From Mantamonas sphyraenae STR306 (Eukaryota; Protista; CRuMs), in NCBI GenBank assembly GCA_026936335.1, contig JAPMXV010000054.1:368962-432961 (forward strand): a stretch of DNA of 64,000 bases, written 5' to 3'. Under the pieces are notes generated by a model that searched no databases, was not told the DNA's origin, and was given only the letters and a program-made list of their open reading frames with translations. This document shows, piece after piece, positions 45,878 through 57,095 of this stretch. Within the stretch, counting starts at the first letter, position 1; each line of letters starts with the position of its first letter. The translations under genes and the position numbers were made by a program.

Positions 45878-47929
45878 ATGTCGCGCAAGGCTAGGAAGCG
45901 GATCTTTTCGCAGCTGTTGGCCATCGGAATTGACCACGAGGGCTCGGGAGAGGTGACGGTGTTGGCAGAGTACGGTGGGACGGGCAAGTCGGCCGGGTTG
46001 TCGTCCATGGCGCTACGTGGGAGCGCGCCAGCGTTTGCGTTTCCCGAGGTGGATCCAAAGGCGCCTGAGGTGGAGCAGCTGGTGGATTCGCAACGGATGT
46101 TTCAGTTTGTGTTGACGGACGACGCAGGAAGGCGGCAGAGTGGGTACTGCAAGCGGTTCGGGCAGGGGGGAGACGTGGTGTGCCTGTGCTGGGTGAGCCG
46201 CGAAAAGTTCCAGAGCTTGTTTGCCGAGGCGTTTGAGGCGGTGGGGCGGGTGCTAGAGAGCGAAGCGAGTTTGGATGGGGCCGAGGATGGAGGGGCGGTG
46301 TGGCACGTGTCGAGTGTGAGCCGAGCGCAGCGTGCTGTGATAGACGGGAGCTTTGCGTTTGCAGGGGGCCTTTGGGCAAAGCCCGTGCCGTTTCCAGGGG
46401 AGGGGTTTGTGGTGATGGGCGAACGGCTGTCGCGACCTGACGACGACAATGTGCCACAGGCAGGTCTGGACTACGGAGCTGTGTTTGGATGCCTGAAGGA
46501 AGACACAGTCGTGCGCATGTTGGCGGCGGTGCTGCTGGAGCGTCGGATCATCCTCGTGTCGGAGCACCTGGACCGGTTGTCGAGTGTGGCTCATGCGCTG
46601 ACGGCCATGTGCTATCCGTTCTCGTGGCAGCATATCTTTATCCCGGTTCTGCCACGTGCGCTGCTTGACTACTGTTCTGCGCCAATGCCGTTTATGCTCG
46701 GGGTGCACGCAGGAAACATGGCGGCGCTGCAGAAGCAGCCGTTGGAGGAGGCATATGTGTTGGACATCGACGCAGACGCAGTGCACACGGACCTGGACGA
46801 CGTGGCGTTGTTGCCCAGCGGGGCGGCGAGCACGCTGCGGGGCCGCTTCAAAAAGGTGCGCAGTGCGCAGCGGCGAGGCGAGGAGGTGGCTGGAGCCGTG
46901 AGCGAAGCATGTATGGGCTTCTTTGCGAGCATCTTTGGGGAGTATCAGGAGCACATGCGCGCAGGGGAGCTGGACACGGCCGGGCTTGTGGACGCCGCGA
47001 CGGGCACGACACATGTGTTTTTGAAGGCGTTTACAGAGAGTCAGATGTACGAAGTGTGGGCGCGAGAGCGCGAGTCGATGCGGCAGCGCGTGCTGCGGGG
47101 TCCGTTTGAACAATACTTGGCTTCGCTGGCCGAGGGAGGACGGGGCGAACGTGTGATCCAAGCGCTGGGTAGGCTAAAGAGCGAGGTCGGGGTCATTGGC
47201 GGCGTGGTGGGAGAATGGCGTGGGCGGCTGAAGTGGAAGGGGGTGGCTGGTGCGGTGGAGGTGGAGCGAGGTGGAGAGGGTGGGGCTGAAGGGGTTGGCG
47301 AACGAGTGGAACTGCCAGACTTCCTGGAGCTGCACAGCCGGTTTTCGCCGCACGATGGGGCTGTGCTGACGGAAGCGAGGGCACGAGATGACGCGGGAGG
47401 AGGTTTGGTATGGGAGGAAGAAGAAGCGAGTGAGGCCGTGGTGGAGGCAGAAAAGGAAGTGAGTGCAGCAGAGGAGGAAGAGGAGGCGACACTGATCGAT
47501 TTGAGCGACGCAGGAGTGGGCACGGAGACGGTGACACACTTTGGACAGGCGGGACAGGCAGCACATCTGGACGGAGCGTTTTGGGGTGCGGGAGGAAGTG
47601 GGAAGCGGCAGAGCCAGGACGTGCAACCGCTGAGCAGTTTGTTTGATGGAGGACAGGGTCAGGTGGAGACTCTGGTGAGTGCAGACGACGACGTATGGTC
47701 GCTACTGGGCCAATTGGATAGCCAGGGAAGCCAAGGAAGTGGGGCGGGGTGGAACACAGGGAACATGGGCGGCGGAAATGCGGGCTCGGCGGCGATGCTG
47801 GATGCGTTTGGAATCGGGAGCGGGACGGAGCCAAGGAACAATGGGCAGGCGGGCACACGCACCAAGAAGGGACAAGGGACAGCACAGGATGACCCGTTTG
47901 CGGATCTGTTGAGCGGTTTTGGGAGGTGA
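45878..47929 (+). CDS. DENN domain Rab GEF (DENND1-like)
   Basis: FQFVLTDDAGRRQSGYC, LLERRII, YPFSWQHIFIPVLP...APMPFMLG; C-terminal LIDL and DPF motifs. Confidence 0.9.
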   Translation: MSRKARKRIFSQLLAIGIDHEGSGEVTVLAEYGGTGKSAGLSSMALRGSAPAFAFPEVDPKAPEVEQLVDSQRMFQFVLTDDAGRRQSGYCKRFGQGGDVVCLCWVSREKFQSLFAEAFEAVGRVLESEASLDGAEDGGAVWHVSSVSRAQRAVIDGSFAFAGGLWAKPVPFPGEGFVVMGERLSRPDDDNVPQAGLDYGAVFGCLKEDTVVRMLAAVLLERRIILVSEHLDRLSSVAHALTAMCYPFSWQHIFIPVLPRALLDYCSAPMPFMLGVHAGNMAALQKQPLEEAYVLDIDADAVHTDLDDVALLPSGAASTLRGRFKKVRSAQRRGEEVAGAVSEACMGFFASIFGEYQEHMRAGELDTAGLVDAATGTTHVFLKAFTESQMYEVWARERESMRQRVLRGPFEQYLASLAEGGRGERVIQALGRLKSEVGVIGGVVGEWRGRLKWKGVAGAVEVERGGEGGAEGVGERVELPDFLELHSRFSPHDGAVLTEARARDDAGGGLVWEEEEASEAVVEAEKEVSAAEEEEEATLIDLSDAGVGTETVTHFGQAGQAAHLDGAFWGAGGSGKRQSQDVQPLSSLFDGGQGQVETLVSADDDVWSLLGQLDSQGSQGSGAGWNTGNMGGGNAGSAAMLDAFGIGSGTEPRNNGQAGTRTKKGQGTAQDDPFADLLSGFGR

Positions 47930-47969
47930 GAGCGTGTGTGGAACCATTGCAAAACGAGTGGAATCCACG

Positions 47970-50900
47970 ATGTCGCAGGGTGATGATGTAGAGGCAGTCT
48001 TGGAGATGCTTGAGCTGATGGCGATGCAAAACACATCGGACGTCATGCGAGGCACGGAGTACATGCGGGAAGCACTGGCAGACCCCGAGGTGATGGTGGA
48101 ACTGATGGAGATCGCGCAGGCAGTGGAGGAGGTGCCTGGACACCTGCGGCAACTGGCACTGGTGTTGTTCCGCAAAAAGGTGACAGGCCACTGGATGCGC
48201 TTCTCTTTGGAGCAGCAGCGTGGGTTCAAGGACACGCTGCTGGGCATTCTGACGTCGGAGGACGAGCAGTAGGTTGGAGGCGTGTTTTTGGCGCCAATTT
48301 CGCGCGCTGACACTTTGGGGCGGGCAGGCCGGACGTAATGCGAGCGGCATCGGAAGTAGCTGCGCTGATTGGCAAGCACGAACTGCCGGAAGATCAATGG
48401 GATGAACTGATGGACACACTGTTTGATCTGTGCGAAGCAACGTCTGCGCGGCAGCGGCAGAACGGGCTGCATGTGTTTGTGGTGCTGCTGGACTCGATTC
48501 CGCTGTTTATGCAGCAGCACTTTGATGCAATGACCTCACTGGTGGCGAGCCTGTTGGCGGACGAGGCAGCGCGTGTGCGCAAAGAGGCAGTGGAGTAAGT
48601 GGGAAGGGCAAAGAAGGAGCGAGGGAATGTGCATGTTGTTTGCTGACACGATGGAGCGGACTACGCACAGAGCGACGTCGAAGCTGATCTTCATTGCAAG
48701 CCGCGAGTCGGAATTGGCGCGTGGATTCCAGGATACGTTGCTGGAGCCTCTGATCAACCTGATTACGGCGGAGATCAACGAGAGCGAGGACGACGAGATT
48801 GCGCTGGCCGGGCTGCGCCTGCTGAGCGAGTTTGCGCCGGGATCGGGACGCAAGGTGATTGAGGGAGAGGAGCATGCGCTGGTGGACTATGTGCTGGAAA
48901 TTGGAACGGAGCCTGAGCTGGAACCAGCGATCCGGCAGACGGCTTTGTCGTTTGTGATCAACCTGTGCATCTTTGCGCCGACACTGATCTACAAGTACGA
49001 CTACGCAGACGCAGCGCTGGACGTGGCGCTGTCGATGGCGTCGGAGGCGGAGGACGAAGACTCTGTGGAGCTGTGTAACTTTAAGTTTGGGTGCCAGATG
49101 TGTGATCACCTGGCGACCAATCTGCCGCCGGGGTACACGTTTGACCGGATCATGGCGTATGTGCGGGACAACTCGGAAGAGCAGGAGGAGGATGCACGCA
49201 ACAGTGCCATTGCGGTGCTGGGTGTGGTGACGGAGCCGTTTGCAGACGACATGCGTTTGGACCTTGCGCCGTACGTGGAGTGCGTGGAGGGGATCCTCGG
49301 CAAGGAGCCGTCGGGAAGGCTTGTGTCGAACATGTGCATGACGCTGGCAGAGATGGCAGAACACACGCGGCCGGAGATTGGGGCGTACCACGATCGGGTG
49401 GTGCCTCTCCTGATGGATGTGATCGACCGGACGGACAAGGACGACATTGTGTCGCTTGCGCTGCACGCAATGGAACACTTCATGGAGGTGATTGGAAGCG
49501 AGGCGCAGGTGTACATGGACGATGTGGTGCCACTGTGCCTGGACCTTGTGTCGAACGAGAATTCGTCGGCGGAGCTTGCGCAGGTGGCGCTTTCGGCTCT
49601 GGCCGAATTTGCAGCGGCGACAAACAGCCACTTTACAAAGTACGCAGAGGAGGTGATGGGCGTGTGTGTGGACCTGATGGGCCAGGTCGACGACGACCTG
49701 CTGACGTTGCGTGCAATGGCAACGGAGACGGCCGGACTGGTGCTGCTTGCGGTGGGGCCGGAGTTTGCAGAGGAGTACATTGATGAGGTGGTTGATCTGG
49801 GAGTGCGTGGGTTCAAGCTGCAGTACTACCAGCTGCGGGAGCTGACGTTTTCGATGTTCAACAACCTGGCGGAGCTGATGGAAGAGGAGTTTGAGCAACA
49901 CATGAGCACGACGATCACGCTGGCGGTGGCGTCGATGATGTCTGCGGACGGGTACACGGAGCAGGGAGACGACGCGGCGGGGGGCATCTCTGACGACGAG
50001 GGCACGGACATGCGTCTGCCGCGATTTATTGCGGCGGAAAAGGCGGCGGCGGTGTACCACTTGGGCAAGCTGGCAGCGTGCACGCGGGAGGCGTTTGATC
50101 CGTGGTTTACAAAGAGCGTGGACGCAGTGGAGGCGCTGAGCAGCCACCACAGCGAGGAGGTGCGGATGACGCTGGTGCGTGTGATGCAGCAGTTTGTGGA
50201 GTGGCAGCTGGGGATGGAGCCGACGGAGATGCCGGACACGCTGGGGCGAGCGATGGAGATCTGGGTCGGGTATCTGGTGGACGACGAGGACAAGGAGGTG
50301 ACGGCGCGGTGCGCAGAGTGCTTGACGTGGGCGCTTGGAGAGTTTGGGGGAGAGGCACTGGCTTCGGAGAAGCAATTGGACGAACTTGTGTCTGGCATTG
50401 AGCTTGTGCTGAAGCGGGAACACTCGTGCTACGACGGAGACGACTATGACGAGGAGGAGCCGCAGCACGACATGGTTGTGATTGACGTGACGGTAGACAT
50501 GATTGCGGTGCTGATGCGTGCGGTGGGGGAGGAAGGAGTGGAGGCGCTGCAGGACACGCTTCTGGACCCGCTGCTGGTGTACCTGGAGCCGCACCACGAC
50601 GAGCGGGACAAGTACATGGCGATTGCGGCAATCTCGGACATCACGACGGAGCTGGGAGCAGCGATGCCGAGTTTGGAACGGCTGTTTGGCCTTGTACTGG
50701 AGGAGCTGAAGGAGACGGAATCGAGCAAGATCCGGCACAATGCAGCGTACACAGTGGGCGTGCTTGCAGAGGCGCTGGGCCCGCAGCAGCCAGAGTGTCT
50801 GGCAGAGGCGCTGGAGGCACTGGTGCCCGTGTACGAAGACCCGACGCCAGGAGTGCAGGACAATGTGTGCGGGGCGATTGCGAGGTTGATCACGACGGGG

Positions 50901-51275
50901 CTGGAGGAACTGTCTGTGGAGCGTGCCGTGGAGGGATTGTTGATGGGCATGCCGCTGAAGGAGGACTTTGAAGAGCAGGAGAGTGCGTTCCGGGCAGTGT
51001 TTACGCTGTTCCGTGAGGCAGACTTTGGGGATCTGGTGCCGTATGTGCCTGCTTTCTTTGAGGTGTTTGGGCGCGTGCTGGGCGGGGTGGACGGGGCAAC
51101 GGACGAGGGAATCAGCGACGACGTGAAGCTGGAGATGTGCGCGCTTGTGATTGCGCTTCTGGAGAGCGAAGAGGTCGGGGATGCGGTGCAGGGGATTGTG
51201 GATGGATTGGATGCGGATGTGAAGAGTGGGTTGATGGACGCCGTGGAGTGGGTGAAAGAAAATGGAACGGATTGA
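47970..51275 (+). CDS. IPO4: Importin-4/Kap123-like karyopherin; 3 exons
   Basis: LRQLALVLFRKK (IBN_N); HEAT repeats; EKAAAV; RHNAAYTVG; DNVCGAIARLI...MPLKEDFEE. Confidence 0.8.
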
Positions 51276-51357
51276 GGCGGTGGTCGCAGAAGCGTGCGTT
51301 GGTTGCGTGTTGGGTGGCGTATGTAGCGTAGAATCGGCCGAGTGGAGTGTAGTTGTC

Positions 51358-51459
51358 GCTCGACTAGCTCAGTAGGTAGCGAGATTGTTCTTCGGAGCAA
51401 CCACCAATAGCGCAGGTCTCATAATCCTGAGGTCGTGAGTTCGAGCCTCACGTCGAGCA
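51358..51459 (+). tRNA. Elongator tRNA-Met(CAT), copy 1, with 29-nt D-arm insert/intron (51380-51408)
   Basis: Removing the insert gives a 73-nt cloverleaf: acceptor GCTCGAC/GTCGAGC, D-stem GCTC/GAGC, anticodon loop CTCATAA, T-arm GTGAG-TTCGAGC-CTCAC; poly-T terminator follows. Confidence 0.9.
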
Positions 51460-51731
51460 ACACTCTTTTTTTTTTTGGGGGGGGGGGAATGGGATGGGGG
51501 TGGGGTGGAGGGGATGGGGGTGGGGTGGAGGGGGGGAGTGTGGGATGGGAGGGTGGGAGGGGGTGGGAGGGTGGGAGGGTGTCGTTGCTAGGGAGGAATG
51601 CGAAACGGGCGCCACAGGAAAGTCCGATTCAACGTCGAGTCGTGAGGTGGAATTGTCTTTGCCCGGAGGGTCCTCAGACACACAGGTATACTGCATACTG
51701 GTCTCTCATCACTTTGCTTTTGCTTCGGGTC

Positions 51732-54700
51732 ATGTCTCATCGAGGGGGCTTGTGTGGGAAACGGGGGAGGAGCCGGGGAAAGTGGGTCTGGGTGCTGTGC
51801 GTGCTGGTCGTGGCATTGCTTTCGACAGTGGAGAAGGTGCAGGGCGACTACACGCAACAGTGGCGCGACAAGACAAACATGGCGGCGTGCGGGTTTGCAA
51901 GAGATGAGGAGCTGAACTTTTACGTGGGTGGCTCGCTGCTGAAGGGCGGGGTAGCGCTGCCGGAAGTGTGCACCACGGGGCCACAGTCGAATTTCTTCGG
52001 CGAGGCTACTCTGACGAAGGTGGCACACAACGGGTCGGTGCTGTGGACGACAAAGCCGGCGCCGGGGAGCGGTGCGGAAAATGGGATCCACGCAAGCGAG
52101 GGGACGCCGCGCTCGGTGATCCAGAAAGTGGCGTTTGTGGAGGGCATGCTGTGGCTTAACTACGTGTTTGGCATGCAAGACAGTAACCAGGTGTGGCACG
52201 GGCAAAGCACGCTGCTGCGTGTGTCTTTGGAGGACGGGGCGGTGCTGGCCGCGGTCAACACAACCGCGTACATACAAGACATGCAGACGGTGGAGGGGAG
52301 GTGGTTGTACGCGGTGGGGCAGTTGTGGTCGCCACAGCAGTTTGCGGTCCTCATCATCGATCCGCGTGATCCGGAGAACATGCGCACAATGCCGACCACC
52401 GTCGGCCTGTCCTCGGCCACCTTTACGTTTGACAATCGCACGGGCCAAATGCTGGTGTCGGGGCACAACAACGACATGTACATGCTGCACATCAACGAAA
52501 CCGCGTGCTCGCTGCAGTGGGAGGCGTTCCTGAGCACCGTTGTGGATCACCAGATCGTCAACGGGCTGACGGCCAATGTGGCATGGTCTCTGCAGACCAG
52601 AGACACGCCGTGTCAGAACAACCAGGGAGGGACGACGCCGTGCAGCCAGCTGCGCCGATGGGACAGGAACACGGGACAAGAGATCACGCAACCCACGCTG
52701 ACGGTGTTGGGCACACCCTCGGCCCTCACAAACCACTACGAGGATCCAGACAACCAAATGTGGGTGCTCACGTCCAGCGGTGGGCTGATTTGGAACCGGC
52801 TGGCCGAAAACACAACTGTGATCGACACCAAGCAGCTTTCGCAACACGTGCAGAGCACCATCCACTTTCAGGGTCACCAGATGACGGCGTATGCAGACAC
52901 ACAGACCATCATGACCGTGAGCGACACGGAGTACGACGTGGCGACCAAGTGGGTGACGAACTCGTTGTGGCTGGGCACCTTGTCCGAGTTTTCCGAGGTG
53001 CTGCATTGTCCAGCTGGTACCGAGCGGGGATGTGTCGCATGCCCTCCCACTCTGTCGTCGTCGTCTCTGGCATGCTCCTTGTGCGCCCCAGGTTGGTTCT
53101 CAAACACGACTGACATGGAGTTTTGCCAGCCGTGTCCGGCCGACTCGCCTTCGTTGCTTCCGGGCTCGACGACGTGTGTGCCTGTGCTCACGCGCATCGC
53201 ACCCACGCTGGGGCCATCTTCGGGAGACACGCTCGTGGACATGTGGGGCCACAACATGCAGCCTGGCGTGCCTGTGCCCTTTCTGCATCCAAGCAACTCG
53301 AGCGGCCATGCCGACGACCGAAGCATGCACACGTGCACAGTGTTCAACCCGACGCACATGAGATGCTTCACGCCTGCTCTGACCACTCCACAAGACAGCG
53401 TACGTCAGGCAGGTATCCAGTTTGCGACCGCTCTGCGCCAGGGAACGTATATTCCGTCGTTTGTCTTTTTCCACCCGACCCTGACGTTTATGGACCAGTT
53501 GGCGGGGCCGTACACGGGCGACACGACTATACGCGTCGTCTTTGAGGCAGGATCTGTGCCCACGGGGCTGCCGGAGCAGCCGCAGGCCGAATGCCGTTTC
53601 TCCCCATTGCACGGCACGGAGGGAGAGGCACGAGAGGTCAACGCAACCGTGCTGGACGCGACAAACGTGGTGTGCAAAACACCCGCCCTGCCCGGTGCGG
53701 GCATGTACGACGTCTCGGTGTCGTTCAATGGCGAGCAGTACACCACTGTGAACAACACGCGCCTGCAGGTGTACAACACCACGTTGATGGAGATTTGGCC
53801 GCCCTTGGGCCCGCGAACGGGTGGCACAGAGGTGGTTGTACTTGGACAGGGCGTGGAGGCTACTCCGTACACGCCTGTGGTGTTGTTCACGCCGGATGTG
53901 GCAAACTCGGTTGCGGTCCAGGTGCGAGGCACGGTGGCAAACGGGTCTTTCCACGCGACCACGCCGTCGCTTACAAACACACCTCCGATTGCGCCGGGCA
54001 TGTTGATGGAGGTGACGGTGCAGGTGATGCCGAATGCGGTGCAGAATCTGCCCGACGCGGTACAGTTTCGGATGTACGAGGATCACGGGCTGGGCAGTGT
54101 GCAGCCGCAGAGTGTGCCGTCTGCGCTGCCGTGGGTGTCCATCACGCTGGTGCCGCGTACGACGTCGAGCTTTGCAAACACAGGATCGTTTGTACGGGTG
54201 CGCCTGCGAAGCGACGACGGTGTGGTCGATGTCACGCAGGCTGCGAGCTGGCACAGCCCGTCAAACATCACCACTGAGGTGGACATGGTGGCTTGGAGGG
54301 CGAGCACGCAAATGCACGTCTCTGTGGCCCTCAACGGGGTTCAGTTCAGCCCCGAGGTGAGCGTGTTTGTCTTTGCATGCAATGCGTCGCGCCGTGCATG
54401 GTCACCCACGGCCGGCGGCGCCACATTGCACATCCACGCGACGGGCATTAACGGGCAGCAGGTCACTCGGTGCCGCGTGGGCTCGATTGTGTCGAATGCA
54501 CAGGTGGACGGCAGCGACCTGACCTGCACGACGCCTCCACTGCCCGTTGGTGTGTATCCGTTGGCCGTTAGCGTGGGTGACTCTCCGTACGGCCCATGTG
54601 CTGGATCACATGTGCATGCGTACACAGAGCCTGTTGTGGAGGGCGTCCAACCGCAGAGTGTACCTCGCGGAGCCTCGACGGTGATTACTGTGGTGGGCAC

Positions 54701-57008
54701 AGGATTTGTGGACACTGGCGTGGCCGCAATCAAACTGGGCACGCTAGAGATGGACGCGGTTGTGCTCAACGGCACAGCCATGCGCACAGCAAGCGCAGCG
54801 ACGTTTGGCGAGTCGGCGACGCTGGCTGTGACGGTTGCGCTGAACGGGCAGCAGTTTACGTCGCCGAACGGGGTCAATTTGCGTGTGGGCGCAGCGTGCC
54901 CTGCGGGTACGCAGTCTGTGGAGGGACACAGTGGGTGTGAACCGTGTCCTGCAGGCACGTTCAAGCCGTACGAAGGAAACCAAGCCTGCAGCCGATGTCC
55001 AGCCGATCACTACTGCGGCCAGGGGGCGGTTGAGGCAAACACATGCCCCACAAACACCTACTCGCCAGTCGGATCGGCGAACCTGACGCAGTGTGAGTGC
55101 GCAAACGGATTCTTTGCTGTTGGCTCAACGGCGAAAGGGTGTGAACCGTGCCCGCACGGCGCGCACTGCGCAGGGAACCACGAGCTGCCCGTGGCAGACC
55201 CTGGATGGTGGGGAGCCAACCCGTACAACTTTACGCGATGCCTGGACCCAAGCGCGTGCCTGGGCAACAACTCTTGTGCGGTCGGGGCAAACGGCCCACT
55301 GTGCGGGCATTGCCAAGCTGGCTACTACCACGACGGGGTGCGATGCAACGAATGCTTCTCGCGTTCGTCGTCTTTGCTTGTGTTTCTCCTTGTGTTGATG
55401 GTCGTGTCGGCCACGGCGCTTGTGCGCGTGCTGAACAAGGGCGGCGGGCAGAGCAGCTTGTCGCTGTGCCTGCCGCATCTGCAGGTGATTGCGTTGGCTG
55501 TGGGCACCAACATCCCGTTGACAGACACACTGCGTGCGCTGCGAGGCGCGTACCAGACGACAAACCTGTCTGTGAGCTTGCTGGGACCTGAGTGCGCAGA
55601 CGCGTGGCAGTGGGATTTCAACACGGAGATGCTGCTTGCGTTCTCCACTCCTGGGTTGATCATAGCCACTCTGTGGCTGCGAATCGTTGCCATACGCATC
55701 ATGGACGCCGTGTATCCCAAGGATGGACTGTGTGGGTTGCCTGGGCGCGTGCGGAACTCCTCGGAGGAGCACCGGGCGATGTTTGATGGGATGCTGAACG
55801 ACGCACTGTTTGTGCTGGATTTTCTGTTTATCCCGGTGAGCATGCACATCCTGCGAGCTTTCTCTTGCGTGGATGTGGGCGACGGCTCGGTGCTGGTGGC
55901 GGACACGAGCGTGACTTGCTGGACGTCGGCGCAGCATGCCCAGATCGTTGGCACTGCGACGGTGCTGGTGATCTTTTTCGTTGTGGGTGTCCCGTTGCTG
56001 ATCATGGTAATTGGAGCGTACGGATCGCACAAGTCGCTGTACCGCTCCGAGGTGTTTGAACGCAGGTTTGGTTCGATGTACGCACAGTTCTCGGCGGGCT
56101 CGATGTGGTTCGAATCTGTTATTCTGGCACGTAAGGTCAGCGTGGCAGCGTCCAATGTGTTTGCGCACCAGGAGGTTGTGTTCCAGAATGGTCTGGCGCT
56201 GCTGGTGGTGCTTGTGAGCAGCGTGTTGCAGCTCAGGCTGAGGCCGTTCCGTACCCACGCGCAGAATCGCACGGAGGAGTCGCTGCTGGTGATGAGCTCC
56301 ATGATCATCCTGTTGACAATGATGATGAGCGTACCGTTGTCTCAAGGCACGGTGGACACGCTGACGTGGCTTGTGGTCGCACTGTTGCTGCTGGTCGCCT
56401 TGCAGGTGGCGTGGGCGGCGTACGACACACTGCGCTCACAAGCGCTGCCTTCGTGGGTCCGCAGTGCGCTGCACGAACGCCAGGTGGCCAAACTGAGCGA
56501 GGAAGCGCTTGCAGAGGGCGACGACGGAAGCGACAAACGGCGTTTGGACGATGTTGGCTTGTTGGGCAAACAGGCACCGCTGCACCTGGCAACAGTCACA
56601 TTTGAGTGGCAAGGCGAAGTGGGCAATCTGTGGGAGTGGCTGGAGTGTGAGGCACAGCTGCGTGCGCGTTGCATGTGCATGGCTGAACCAAGTGTGCAGC
56701 AGGCGTTGATGCTGACGATGCTGCACGAGATCGAGTCGATGGCCATGCACAACGAAAGCGACGTGGAAGCAGCCACCAACATTATGCTTGAGAGCTTTGA
56801 GCACATGGTGCAGGCGGCCAGCGATACGGCGAAAAAGGAGATTGTCGTCGATGCGCTGCGAATGTGGACCGGGTTGCGCCCCAAGCATGGCCTGGCTGCG
56901 TGGCTTGTGTCGGGCGAAGCAGTGCACGTGGATTTGATGTCACAGGTGATTACGGGTGCGCGCGAGCGCACACAGGATGGGCAGGGCAGAGGTTTTGCGG
57001 GAAAATGA
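51732..57008 (+). CDS. Large intronless receptor-like protein: signal peptide, IPT/TIG repeats, Cys-rich GCC2/GCC3 repeats, multi-pass TM C-terminus
   Basis: PTLGPSSGDT, PPLGPRTGGT and VSVALNG (IPT); CPAGT...CEPCPAGTFK; GPLCGHCQAGYY; TM helices with RFGSMYAQF...WFE and RPF. Confidence 0.8.
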   Translation: MSHRGGLCGKRGRSRGKWVWVLCVLVVALLSTVEKVQGDYTQQWRDKTNMAACGFARDEELNFYVGGSLLKGGVALPEVCTTGPQSNFFGEATLTKVAHNGSVLWTTKPAPGSGAENGIHASEGTPRSVIQKVAFVEGMLWLNYVFGMQDSNQVWHGQSTLLRVSLEDGAVLAAVNTTAYIQDMQTVEGRWLYAVGQLWSPQQFAVLIIDPRDPENMRTMPTTVGLSSATFTFDNRTGQMLVSGHNNDMYMLHINETACSLQWEAFLSTVVDHQIVNGLTANVAWSLQTRDTPCQNNQGGTTPCSQLRRWDRNTGQEITQPTLTVLGTPSALTNHYEDPDNQMWVLTSSGGLIWNRLAENTTVIDTKQLSQHVQSTIHFQGHQMTAYADTQTIMTVSDTEYDVATKWVTNSLWLGTLSEFSEVLHCPAGTERGCVACPPTLSSSSLACSLCAPGWFSNTTDMEFCQPCPADSPSLLPGSTTCVPVLTRIAPTLGPSSGDTLVDMWGHNMQPGVPVPFLHPSNSSGHADDRSMHTCTVFNPTHMRCFTPALTTPQDSVRQAGIQFATALRQGTYIPSFVFFHPTLTFMDQLAGPYTGDTTIRVVFEAGSVPTGLPEQPQAECRFSPLHGTEGEAREVNATVLDATNVVCKTPALPGAGMYDVSVSFNGEQYTTVNNTRLQVYNTTLMEIWPPLGPRTGGTEVVVLGQGVEATPYTPVVLFTPDVANSVAVQVRGTVANGSFHATTPSLTNTPPIAPGMLMEVTVQVMPNAVQNLPDAVQFRMYEDHGLGSVQPQSVPSALPWVSITLVPRTTSSFANTGSFVRVRLRSDDGVVDVTQAASWHSPSNITTEVDMVAWRASTQMHVSVALNGVQFSPEVSVFVFACNASRRAWSPTAGGATLHIHATGINGQQVTRCRVGSIVSNAQVDGSDLTCTTPPLPVGVYPLAVSVGDSPYGPCAGSHVHAYTEPVVEGVQPQSVPRGASTVITVVGTGFVDTGVAAIKLGTLEMDAVVLNGTAMRTASAATFGESATLAVTVALNGQQFTSPNGVNLRVGAACPAGTQSVEGHSGCEPCPAGTFKPYEGNQACSRCPADHYCGQGAVEANTCPTNTYSPVGSANLTQCECANGFFAVGSTAKGCEPCPHGAHCAGNHELPVADPGWWGANPYNFTRCLDPSACLGNNSCAVGANGPLCGHCQAGYYHDGVRCNECFSRSSSLLVFLLVLMVVSATALVRVLNKGGGQSSLSLCLPHLQVIALAVGTNIPLTDTLRALRGAYQTTNLSVSLLGPECADAWQWDFNTEMLLAFSTPGLIIATLWLRIVAIRIMDAVYPKDGLCGLPGRVRNSSEEHRAMFDGMLNDALFVLDFLFIPVSMHILRAFSCVDVGDGSVLVADTSVTCWTSAQHAQIVGTATVLVIFFVVGVPLLIMVIGAYGSHKSLYRSEVFERRFGSMYAQFSAGSMWFESVILARKVSVAASNVFAHQEVVFQNGLALLVVLVSSVLQLRLRPFRTHAQNRTEESLLVMSSMIILLTMMMSVPLSQGTVDTLTWLVVALLLLVALQVAWAAYDTLRSQALPSWVRSALHERQVAKLSEEALAEGDDGSDKRRLDDVGLLGKQAPLHLATVTFEWQGEVGNLWEWLECEAQLRARCMCMAEPSVQQALMLTMLHEIESMAMHNESDVEAATNIMLESFEHMVQAASDTAKKEIVVDALRMWTGLRPKHGLAAWLVSGEAVHVDLMSQVITGARERTQDGQGRGFAGK

Positions 57009-57095
57009 AGAAAAATGATGGTCGCCAAGTTGGGAGCAGAGGTGTGGTTGGGCGGCTCTCGAAGCACGAAATTGACTCGGGTTAGTACGTTTGTC

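Noticed and set aside
43875-50738. Long antisense ORFs (43875-45731, 48507-50738; also 17364-19055 and 3817-5379)
   Set aside because: His/Arg/Val-rich shadow frames opposite recognisable genes, expected from GC-rich codon bias
51358-51459. Permuted, split or initiator tRNA interpretation
   Set aside because: The halves are in normal order, and G1-C72 with T54 indicate elongator Met
51435-51731. N-terminal ~100 aa of the 1857-aa ORF
   Set aside because: It overlaps the tRNA, its terminator and a G-tract; the likely start is ATG 51732, just before the signal peptide
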